Source: Candidatus Thalassarchaeaceae archaeon (lineage in GTDB: Archaea > Thermoplasmatota > Poseidoniia > Poseidoniales > Thalassarchaeaceae). Taken from it: a DNA stretch of 16,619 nt. Positions 1 to 7,331 of the stretch are shown here, in pieces. Numbering within the stretch: position 1 is the first letter of the stretch; each line of letters begins with the position of its first letter. The notes under the pieces are model-generated. The model made no database searches. It saw only the letters and a list, made by a program, of their open reading frames with translations, and had not been told where the DNA came from. The translations under genes and the position numbers were made by a program. The DNA lies in the NCBI GenBank assembly GCA_030747675.1, contig JASLKH010000011.1, positions 1-16,619 of the forward strand, given 5' to 3'.

Positions 1-1
1 A

Positions 2-88
2 CACAAGTGCCTGGACAATATTCCACAGTCTGAAAATATTCGAGTACTTCGAGAAATCACTGATTTTCAGTTGATTCGAATTAGTTGA
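2..88 (+). CDS. Possible 3' end of an unidentified gene running off the left edge (…HKCLDNIPQSENIRVLREITDFQLIRIS*)
   Basis: Frame is open from the window edge to TGA at 86-88, which directly abuts the EF-2 stop (89-91) tail-to-tail. Only 28 codons are visible, with no recognisable motif. Confidence 0.3.
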   Translation, partial: HKCLDNIPQSENIRVLREITDFQLIRIS

Positions 89-2296
89 TTAATCTGAATA
101 ATAAGATTCACTCGGTATTTCTGGTTTCATACCCTTTCTCTGACGAATCTCTCCGACAACTTTCTCCATCAACATACGAGGTAATTCATCAAATCCACAG
201 TTTTCACTGTTCCACACAGCACGACCTGGTGATGCTGCCCGAATATCGTTGGAAAATCCGAATGTCTCAGCCACTGGTACAGTTCCAATTACTGTGGTCG
301 TTTCACCGTCAGCAGGCATATCTTCGATAACGCCTCGACGCTGTGTTACTTCTCTAGTTACGCCACCGAGCCAATCATTCGGAACGGATACGAACATTTT
401 TTGCATAGGTTCCTGAATTGTTGTACCAGCACGCACCATTGCACCGCGCATTGCATTTCGCATTGCAGGAATAGTTTGTGCAGGACCTCGGTGGATAGCA
501 TCCTCGTGTAATTTTGCATCTGTTAGTCTGACTAGCATACCCATTGCTGGTTCCCCAGCTAAAGGACCTGATTTGCAAACTTCATTGAATCCCTCAATGA
601 GGAGTTCACGTGTTTCGTGCAATCCCTGAATTCCCTTTGTACCATTGATGAATACATTGGTACCATTAATTGCATATCCTTTTCTCATCATATCCTTTTC
701 CATTCCCAAAGCAGCAAATTGGTCCCCAATTTCTTTTTGATCTTTGTTTCGAATTGTTCCATCTCGGAAATCTCCTGCCCGCAATGCATCGATTACATTT
801 TGTGGCAACATTTCAACTTCGATGTAGAATCTGTTGTGACGATTTGGGGATTTCCCTTCAAACGGTCGCCCAACATTGTTCCCATTAATGGCTTCACGAT
901 ACACAACAATTGGTTCACTGACCTTAACCTTGATATTCTGTTCTTCTTCAATTCGGTATGTTGTGATTTCAAGGTGTAATTCGCCCATTCCAGCCAATAA
1001 GGCTTCACCAGTTTCCTGGTTGGTAGTAACTTGTAATGACGCATCTGCCTTAGCAAGGCTGCGCAAAGCATCAATGAATTTTGGTAAATCTTTCATTGAT
1101 TGCGGCTCAACCGCTACGGTAACTACTGGTTCCGAATAATGACGAATTGCTTCATAAGGAATTAATTCTTTATCCGAAGTCACTGTTACACCTGCTGCCG
1201 CTGAACGGATTCCAGTTATCGCTGCAATATTTCCTGCTACAACCTTTGGTACTGCAATACGGTCACCACCTACCATCATACTGACTTGTTGCACGCGCTC
1301 GGCTTTACTTGCTCCAAGGGCCCATACCGTTTCACCATGGTTAATTGAACCTGAATACAGCCTACCTACTGCCACTTCTCCTGCATGTGGATCCATCCAA
1401 ATCTTCGTTATCATCATGGCTAATGGACCATCTGAATCACAAGTAAGCATAGATTTACCAGCAGGTGATTCTAAATCACCTGTCCAGATATTTGGAATTC
1501 GGTACTTTTGAGCCTCAACAGGGTCTGGTAATTTTGTTACTGCCATGTCCAGCAATACCTCGTGGACTGGTGCCTTCTTTGCAAGAGTTTTCTGGTCTTC
1601 ATTATGGCAATAATCGAAAATATCCTTAAAGGAAATTCCAGACTTTTGCATGTAAGGTACAGTAATTCCCCAATTGTGGTACGCGGAACCAAATGCTACA
1701 GTACCATCTGCAACTCCTACTTGCCATGATTTCTGGAATTCAGGAGGTGCGAATTGCCGAATTAATTTGTTAACTTGTGCAATAGTCCCCATAAAACGAG
1801 ACTGCATATCTTCAGGTGTAACTTGCAATTCGTTAATTAATCGATCAACTTTGTTGATGAATAGAACCGGCTTTACCTTTTCCTTCAAGGCTTGGCGGAC
1901 AACGGTTTCAGTCTGTGGCATTGGTCCTTCAACTGCACATGCAAGAATAAAGCAACCATCAACTGCACGCATGGCTCGAGTTACGTCGCCACCAAAGTCA
2001 ACGTGACCTGGTGTGTCAATTAGATTGATTAGATAATCTGTACCTTCAACACCGTGTACCATCGAAGCTGATGCCGCGTTGATGGTAATCCCACGTGCTG
2101 ACTCTTGCTCATCGAAATCCAATACTCGTGACTTACCAGCTAAATCTTCGGACATCATTCCTGCGCCCGCAATTAGATTGTCTGATAGAGTAGTTTTACC
2201 ATGATCAATGTGAGCAGCAATGCAAAGATTGCGAATCTGGTCGCGAATGTGCATCACTTCAGTTGCCTTTGCAATGTTGTCTTCTTTACGTCCCAT
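89..2296 (-). CDS. fusA: Archaeal translation elongation factor EF-2 (aEF-2)
   Basis: 735 aa. GTPase motifs AHIDHGKTT, RGIT, DTPGHVDF and NKVD are present, as is the diphthamide loop LHEDAIHRG (His602, codon at 491-493). Lies downstream of rps12-rps7, with SD-like AGGTG upstream. Confidence 0.99.
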   Translation of the reverse strand: MGRKEDNIAKATEVMHIRDQIRNLCIAAHIDHGKTTLSDNLIAGAGMMSEDLAGKSRVLDFDEQESARGITINAASASMVHGVEGTDYLINLIDTPGHVDFGGDVTRAMRAVDGCFILACAVEGPMPQTETVVRQALKEKVKPVLFINKVDRLINELQVTPEDMQSRFMGTIAQVNKLIRQFAPPEFQKSWQVGVADGTVAFGSAYHNWGITVPYMQKSGISFKDIFDYCHNEDQKTLAKKAPVHEVLLDMAVTKLPDPVEAQKYRIPNIWTGDLESPAGKSMLTCDSDGPLAMMITKIWMDPHAGEVAVGRLYSGSINHGETVWALGASKAERVQQVSMMVGGDRIAVPKVVAGNIAAITGIRSAAAGVTVTSDKELIPYEAIRHYSEPVVTVAVEPQSMKDLPKFIDALRSLAKADASLQVTTNQETGEALLAGMGELHLEITTYRIEEEQNIKVKVSEPIVVYREAINGNNVGRPFEGKSPNRHNRFYIEVEMLPQNVIDALRAGDFRDGTIRNKDQKEIGDQFAALGMEKDMMRKGYAINGTNVFINGTKGIQGLHETRELLIEGFNEVCKSGPLAGEPAMGMLVRLTDAKLHEDAIHRGPAQTIPAMRNAMRGAMVRAGTTIQEPMQKMFVSVPNDWLGGVTREVTQRRGVIEDMPADGETTTVIGTVPVAETFGFSNDIRAASPGRAVWNSENCGFDELPRMLMEKVVGEIRQRKGMKPEIPSESYYSD

Positions 2297-2312
2297 TAGA
2301 ACACCTAGTGGC

Positions 2313-2338
2313 CCGGCGACCTAACCTTGGTTCATAAA
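2313..2338 (-). promoter_or_regulatory. Putative EF-2 promoter: TATA-like TTTATGAA + 10 nt + GTCGCCGG
   Basis: On the minus strand TTTATGAA is at 2338-2331 and GTCGCCGG at 2320-2313. The box starts 42 nt upstream of the ATG. Same architecture as upstream of rps12 and rrp4. Confidence 0.5.
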
Positions 2339-2414
2339 GGCGCCTGTGTGGTCGAAGAGAGGCAATAACAGAAGACTTGCTAATCACGTCACTGCGATGA
2401 TATATTTCATCAAC

Positions 2415-2452
2415 ATTTGACTTGCAAGAAATCTGAATGACCGAAGTCAAAT
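2415..2452 (-). terminator. Hairpin right after the rps7 stop (TGAC-TTCG-GTCA, with an alternative 9-bp stem); possible 3'-end or stability element
   Basis: Minus strand reads TGA TT TGAC TTCG GTCA (hairpin 2449-2438). ATTTGACTT (2415-2423) and AAGTCAAAT (2444-2452) form a competing inverted repeat. Function is inferred only. Confidence 0.3.
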
Positions 2453-3096
2453 CAGCGTGCAGAAGATGCTATTCGTTGAACTTCTTCCTTCTTCGCAACA
2501 GCAAATGATGCAACGTCTCCATCCTTGGCCTTCATCAATTCATTGATTATACCATCTTTGAGAGTTCGAGTGGTCTTGAATGTAGCTGAAATACTACCCT
2601 TGCACAAATTACGGAGGGACACATCAAGTCGACGGCTTGGAGCGCTATCAACTGCTTTCGGTTGGGATACTGCTCCAAATTTAATTCGAGTTATTTCCTC
2701 CATTGGAGCTGCTTGAGTAATCGCATCAACTAAAACTTGTAATGGATTTTCCCCAGTTCGATCGTGGATGACATCGAGGGCTTGTTCGAATGACTTTGCC
2801 GCATATTGTTTTTTACCACCATTTCTACCGTCTCTCATTAGACCATTGATGAATCTCTCAACAACACTTAGTTTTGATTTCCCCATCCATGCATTTGCGT
2901 GGCGTCCACCACTGTGTGGCGTCCCTACTGTTTTCAAATTCACATATGGGGCAAGACCTGGGTCTTCGCAAGTCACTTCAGAAGCATCCCACTTCCCGAA
3001 TACAAGCGTACCAATTCCTGCAATCGGTGATGAGTCTACCTCATCTACCTCAACAGATTCGGATTCTGGTGTTTCATTAGTATCCTCATCACTCAT
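2452..3096 (-). CDS. rps7: 30S ribosomal protein S7 (uS7)
   Basis: 214 aa with LVFGKWD, GRHA, VVERFIN, NPLQVLV.AI..AAP.EE, AVD.AP.RR.D and KKEEVQRIASSAR. Located between rps12 and EF-2. Confidence 0.98.
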   Translation of the reverse strand: MSDEDTNETPESESVEVDEVDSSPIAGIGTLVFGKWDASEVTCEDPGLAPYVNLKTVGTPHSGGRHANAWMGKSKLSVVERFINGLMRDGRNGGKKQYAAKSFEQALDVIHDRTGENPLQVLVDAITQAAPMEEITRIKFGAVSQPKAVDSAPSRRLDVSLRNLCKGSISATFKTTRTLKDGIINELMKAKDGDVASFAVAKKEEVQRIASSAR

Positions 3097-3105
3097 TGAA
3101 TCACC

Positions 3106-3546
3106 TCAGCGTACTGGCTTCTCTTTGCGGCCACGGACCATTTCGTCTAATGAAACACCGTTGACTTGGATAACTTTGTAACGGATTCCTGGAATGTCTC
3201 CGTACGAACGACCCATTCTACCACCGATTCCTTCGACCATGACTTCGTCGTGTTCATCGATAAAATTAATTGCACCATCGCCCGGAGCGAACGCGGTAAG
3301 TTTGTTACCACTGCGAATTAGACTAACTTTGACACCCTTTCGAATACCTGAATTTGGTTGCTTTGCCTCGACACCGATTTTCTCAACAACGATTCCTTTT
3401 GCTTGAGAACTGCCTTGTAGTGGGTCATGCTTCAGCACTCCACCTTGGCGACGCTTGTCCTGTCGCTTCTTGAATCCACGGTCTTTCCAGCGAAATTTCA
3501 GACGGTCCCGCTTCATCTTCGGACCTGAGAATAGACCACGACCCAT
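3106..3546 (-). CDS. rps12: 30S ribosomal protein S12 (uS12, archaeal type)
   Basis: 146 aa with [34 protein letters not shown] and [12 protein letters not shown]-like GGAGAGG upstream. Confidence 0.98.
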   Translation of the reverse strand: MGRGLFSGPKMKRDRLKFRWKDRGFKKRQDKRRQGGVLKHDPLQGSSQAKGIVVEKIGVEAKQPNSGIRKGVKVSLIRSGNKLTAFAPGDGAINFIDEHDEVMVEGIGGRMGRSYGDIPGIRYKVIQVNGVSLDEMVRGRKEKPVR

Positions 3547-3570
3547 CTGAGTACCTCTCCTTGGAGCATT

Positions 3571-3596
3571 CCGGCGACCGACCTCCCGTATATGAG
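3571..3596 (-). promoter_or_regulatory. Putative rps12 promoter: CTCATATA + 10 nt + GTCGCCGG
   Basis: Box at 3596-3589 and GTCGCCGG at 3578-3571. The 9-mer GGTCGCCGG and its spacing are identical to the EF-2 upstream region. Confidence 0.5.
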
Positions 3597-3655
3597 CATG
3601 ACGGATGGCATTGCGCTTACGTATTACGATTTTAGGAACCTGAAATACGCAATGA

Positions 3656-3663
3656 TATCATAG
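3656..3663 (+). promoter_or_regulatory. Putative TATA-like box (TATCATAG) for a leaderless ubiD-like transcript
   Basis: Starts 29 nt before the ATG at 3685, and no SD is present. Resembles the TCATA-containing boxes upstream of rps12 and psmA. Confidence 0.35.
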
Positions 3664-3684
3664 GGCGTTCGTACCCGCCCCACC

Positions 3685-4950
3685 ATGGCTTTCCGAGACC
3701 ATCTTGATTCAGTTCCCCGTGTTTCTGATGAAATATCTTGTATTCACGGTATTCTGGAGCACTCAAATGCTGTAGAACATGCGCCATTCGTCGCCACTTC
3801 AATTTTGGAAGCACCTAGTCATTCAGTTGCTGCGAACATACTTTCTCGAGATCGGCTTTGTGCTGTTTTAGGCATCAATCCAGGCGAACTGATTGATATT
3901 TTGGGTGAGGCGATGGATAATCGGTCTGATCCTTCAATAGTTGAAAATGGGCCGGTTTTTGATTGTAAACAGTCTGCCCCTATGTTAACAAAATTACCCA
4001 TCCCATGGCATTACCCTAACGATCGGGGGCGCTATATGTCGGCAAGTATCGTAATTGCTGAATATGGTGGCCAGCGTAATGTTTCATTCCACCGACAATT
4101 TGTGCGAGATGATGGACATGTTGTCGCTAGACTTGTGCCGAGGCACCTTCGAACAATGGTTGACACAGCACGGAACGCTGGGGAGGAAATACCCATTGCA
4201 ATTGTCAATGGTGCCGACCCTGTTGTATTGCTGGCAGCAGCCATGTCTTTCAACGAGGCAATTGATGAACTAACAGTCGCATCTTCATTGCATGAGAAAT
4301 TCTACGGGCGGCCCCTCGAACTTGTGAAGTTGCCTAATGGGATTGTTGTCCCCGCTGACTCTGAATATGCAATGTCTGCTTTCATTACATGCGATGATGA
4401 TTTGGAAGCCCCGTATGTTGATATTACTGGAACTTTAGATGATGAAAGAATGGAACCCGTTTTCCGTATCACTGAGATTTATCACAGAAAGAACCCAATC
4501 TTTCACGCCCTAATTCCTGCACTGTCGGAACACATCACTTTGATGGGATTGCCACGAGCGCCAACCATCAAATCAGCTGTATCAGAAGTTGTCGAATGCC
4601 ATGATGTTCACATGACAGTTGGAGGCTGTGGCTGGCTTTCATCAGTCATCAGCATCACACCTAAGAACCCTGATGATGGTAAAAAAGCAATTCATGCTGC
4701 TTTCAATGGTCACAAATCCATGAAAATGGTTACCGTTGTCAATCAAGACATAGATGTTGCAAATTCAGCACGTGTTGAATGGGCATTAATGACTAGGTGG
4801 CAACCCGATGTTGACACAGTAATTCTTTCGAAGCAAAAAGGAAGCAGTTTGGACCCGTCGCGTGGTGACGATGGTTTGACAGCAAAAATCGGTTATGATG
4901 CGACTCTGGACCCAAATTCAGACCCTGGTCCATTTACTTCAGTCTTGTAA
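3685..4950 (+). CDS. ubiD: UbiD-family prFMN-dependent decarboxylase (likely anhydromevalonate phosphate decarboxylase-type)
   Basis: 421 aa with LPIP, GRYMSASIV, RNVSFHR, LVPRHL, IAIVNGADP, catalytic E-x4-D as EAPYVDITG, and C-terminal VTVVNQDIDV..SARVEWALMTRWQP and GSSLDPS…TAKIGYDAT. Family is secure; substrate is inferred. Confidence 0.9.
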   Translation: MAFRDHLDSVPRVSDEISCIHGILEHSNAVEHAPFVATSILEAPSHSVAANILSRDRLCAVLGINPGELIDILGEAMDNRSDPSIVENGPVFDCKQSAPMLTKLPIPWHYPNDRGRYMSASIVIAEYGGQRNVSFHRQFVRDDGHVVARLVPRHLRTMVDTARNAGEEIPIAIVNGADPVVLLAAAMSFNEAIDELTVASSLHEKFYGRPLELVKLPNGIVVPADSEYAMSAFITCDDDLEAPYVDITGTLDDERMEPVFRITEIYHRKNPIFHALIPALSEHITLMGLPRAPTIKSAVSEVVECHDVHMTVGGCGWLSSVISITPKNPDDGKKAIHAAFNGHKSMKMVTVVNQDIDVANSARVEWALMTRWQPDVDTVILSKQKGSSLDPSRGDDGLTAKIGYDATLDPNSDPGPFTSVL

Positions 4951-4987
4951 TGCGAAGACTTGAGTTATATGCTCCCAACGCAGTAGC

Positions 4988-6004
4988 ATGGCGGAGGGAC
5001 TTGCAGGTCAGTTGCAGCACCCTCGAAGAAGCCTTGGCGATAGACATCGTGCCCAAGCAAGTAAATTTCTTCGATTGGCAAAAGATGATCCGCTCCGCCA
5101 GGTTGAAAATGTTAATTGGGCAGAGCAAAGTGCACGACAGTCACTACTATTTGATTTTACAAATGAGGAAAATTGGAATGTTTTAGCTGAAATCAAGACA
5201 ATTAAGAATGATGAAATCGGTCTTCGTGCTTTACTTTCTGATTTGTTTTCTGTACTAGGTCGTGATCCTGAGCAAATACAGCAATTATCTGAGATACCAA
5301 TTTTGGAAATGGGGCTCGAACTTGTTACAGCCACCTTGAATCGAGATTCGCTTGATGCAGAGATATGGGCGACGAACCTTACTGATAGTAAATTCAACGA
5401 ATTTGTAGAGAGGTTTTCAATCCTTGACCTAAGTGATCCGCGTTGTAATGTTCTGTTCAGTCGAAGGTTGCAGCAAATTTGGAAATCAAAAGGCGATGAA
5501 GTTTGTATTCCTTTAGCCCGAATTATATTAGCACAAAGGCCACAGAATTTTGAGATGTGGACTGATTTAGGGCGAGTACATGAACGGAACTCATCATACG
5601 ACAATGCATGGTTTTGTTACGACCAAGCTCAAAACCATGCACCTCATTCCAAAGTCAGAGACCAGTTCAAAAATCGCATGCAAGAGCGACTTGACTCCGG
5701 TCGTCAAATCCCTTGGTCATCTCCATCAGTAAATGCACGCGATGAATTCTTGACTAGGATGGAAGAATTAGCACTGAATGTTAGTGCCCAACCTGAACCA
5801 GTGGTTGTGGTTGAGATACTTGAAGAAGGTGTTGAAATCAATGCCGAAGAGGATGAACTGATTTCTGTTATCAATTCTGGTAATCACTCAGCCGCATTCT
5901 TCCTTGCGAGACGTTTAGTTTCCAGGGGGGAATCTTGGGCAGAACCCTATCTCGAAAAAGCGAAAATACTGCTAGAAGGTAGTGATGAAGTCAACATCCC
6001 TTGA
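4988..6004 (+). CDS. Uncharacterised helical protein with at least one TPR repeat
   Basis: 338 aa ORF filling the gap between ubiD and the Nudix gene. The segment PQNFEMWTDLGRVHERNSSYDNAWFCYDQA fits the TPR pattern (W..LG......Y..A..Y..A). Acidic linker near the C-terminus. Confidence 0.75.
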   Translation: MAEGLAGQLQHPRRSLGDRHRAQASKFLRLAKDDPLRQVENVNWAEQSARQSLLFDFTNEENWNVLAEIKTIKNDEIGLRALLSDLFSVLGRDPEQIQQLSEIPILEMGLELVTATLNRDSLDAEIWATNLTDSKFNEFVERFSILDLSDPRCNVLFSRRLQQIWKSKGDEVCIPLARIILAQRPQNFEMWTDLGRVHERNSSYDNAWFCYDQAQNHAPHSKVRDQFKNRMQERLDSGRQIPWSSPSVNARDEFLTRMEELALNVSAQPEPVVVVEILEEGVEINAEEDELISVINSGNHSAAFFLARRLVSRGESWAEPYLEKAKILLEGSDEVNIP

Positions 6005-6012
6005 GGGTTATT

Positions 6013-6417
6013 ATGATTGAATGGGTTGTCATTTGGGTCACGTCTAACAGTGTGCCACCTGCCAAATTCTCAAGTGGAGATGCTTGTTGGTTAATGGTCA
6101 GGCATAAACAACGAGGGTGGGAATTACCCGGAGGGAGCCTTGAGGTAAATGAAACTGTGGAAGCTGCTGTACATCGTGAATTATTTGAGGAAACAGGGTT
6201 AGTTGGGGAAATACAGGCAATCTCTGACAATTGTTTGGACGGTGGTTTTCTCGCTTGGGTAGTTGTTGACAAGAATCCTTCTTCCGAATTTTGGAAATCA
6301 CATGATGCTTCTATTGAGGAAGTAGGGTGGTGGATGGAACTGCCCGAATCGCCCCATTGGGGGGTTGATGAAATAGCGAAATGTGCCGACTATTGGTACC
6401 TTTTCAACAATTCTTGA
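6013..6417 (+). CDS. Nudix hydrolase
   Basis: Perfect Nudix box G-SLEVN-E-TVEAAVH-RE-L-F-EE-T-GL, preceded by WELPG. ATG 6013 is preferred because GAGG lies upstream; TTG 6001, overlapping the previous stop, is the alternative start. Confidence 0.93.
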   Translation: MIEWVVIWVTSNSVPPAKFSSGDACWLMVRHKQRGWELPGGSLEVNETVEAAVHRELFEETGLVGEIQAISDNCLDGGFLAWVVVDKNPSSEFWKSHDASIEEVGWWMELPESPHWGVDEIAKCADYWYLFNNS

Positions 6418-7331
6418 TCTTGGATACCATCTGTGTTAAATTCCACACCCAACATATCTGCGGTGTCCGCTAGTACATGCAAATCAGGCCTATTCAAACC
6501 GCTGCGGTTTTCTAAATTGTCGCATATCCAATTATAGGCACTTTTTACATCTGAAAGATTGACTACTGGTTCTGTAATTTTTTCCTGATGGGAGCGAGGT
6601 GTAGAATTCTCCACAACTGTATCCATCAGAGGTGCAGATGATTCAACGAAAGCCAATCCCAAGTCCAACCACTGTAACCCTGATTCTACGGCTAAATCCA
6701 TTAAACCTGTATGTTGGAATCCATGAAATGAAATCCACATATTGCGGAGGGCATTCATCATCTGACCAATTTCCACATAAATATCTGCAGCCATCCGTCT
6801 GGACATTGCAATAGTTTCAATCTGATGCGGGCCATGCCTCGAAATAGATGAGTGGATTGCAAGCGACATGCCCCATTCGTTGCGCGCGCGATGCCATTCA
6901 GCCATGTTCAAGCAGGCTATTCCATGCCAAGGATGCCCTTCTTCTAAGGCTGAAAAACGTTCCATGGCCCATTTCAAATCTGTGCCGGCAATCTCATTCT
7001 CGTCAAGGGTTGAACGCAATACCCCCCATTCCATCCGGATTCTTGCCTCAAGGATATGATCACGTGATGATGAATTCCTACTATAAGTAAGTGCATTCGC
7101 CAAATGAGTTTGGGCGGCTTCTGCATCATTTCCAAGTTGCGCCCTACGAAAATTTAGTATTTCATTTTCCGCGGTTGATAAATTCGGTACTAAATACTCG
7201 ATTAAATCTTGAATGTCTTCTGATAATGCCGATTCAGCAACGCGAAGATAATCATGGGGGCCAGATAATCTACTCTCAATTGACTCATTATTCAACCAAC
7301 TATGTATTATTGAACGGGGATCTAAATACAT
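6390..7331 (-). CDS. Uncharacterised TPR-like alpha-helical protein, last gene of the exosome superoperon
   Basis: 313 aa. Its ATG immediately follows the DHH gene stop (TGAATG) with upstream AAGGTG. Contains repeated helical-hairpin-like segments (AQTHLANAL, ARIRMEWG, IACLNMAEWH, AADIYVEIG). The TPR call is pattern-based. Confidence 0.75.
   Translation of the reverse strand: MYLDPRSIIHSWLNNESIESRLSGPHDYLRVAESALSEDIQDLIEYLVPNLSTAENEILNFRRAQLGNDAEAAQTHLANALTYSRNSSSRDHILEARIRMEWGVLRSTLDENEIAGTDLKWAMERFSALEEGHPWHGIACLNMAEWHRARNEWGMSLAIHSSISRHGPHQIETIAMSRRMAADIYVEIGQMMNALRNMWISFHGFQHTGLMDLAVESGLQWLDLGLAFVESSAPLMDTVVENSTPRSHQEKITEPVVNLSDVKSAYNWICDNLENRSGLNRPDLHVLADTADMLGVEFNTDGIQDQELLKRYQ

Noticed and set aside
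85-2006. Plus-strand ORFs of 60-120 aa opposite EF-2, and similar antisense ORFs opposite rps7, rrp41, rrp4, the DHH gene and purB
   Set aside because: They lie wholly within well-supported genes, lack recognisable motifs, and are the expected shadow ORFs.
89-2296. Possibility that EF-2 is a divergent paralog or contains an intein
   Set aside because: Normal length, canonical GTPase and diphthamide motifs, and position in the rps12-rps7 cluster.
4950-5186. 78-aa ORF starting in a TAATG overlap with the ubiD stop
   Set aside because: The coupling-like start is tempting, but the ORF overlaps the 338-aa TPR gene out of frame for about 200 nt and has no motif. I see no slippery site to argue for a frameshift.
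5008-5604. 198-aa minus-strand ORF
   Set aside because: Antisense to the TPR gene, with Ser/Arg-rich composition typical of a non-coding frame.
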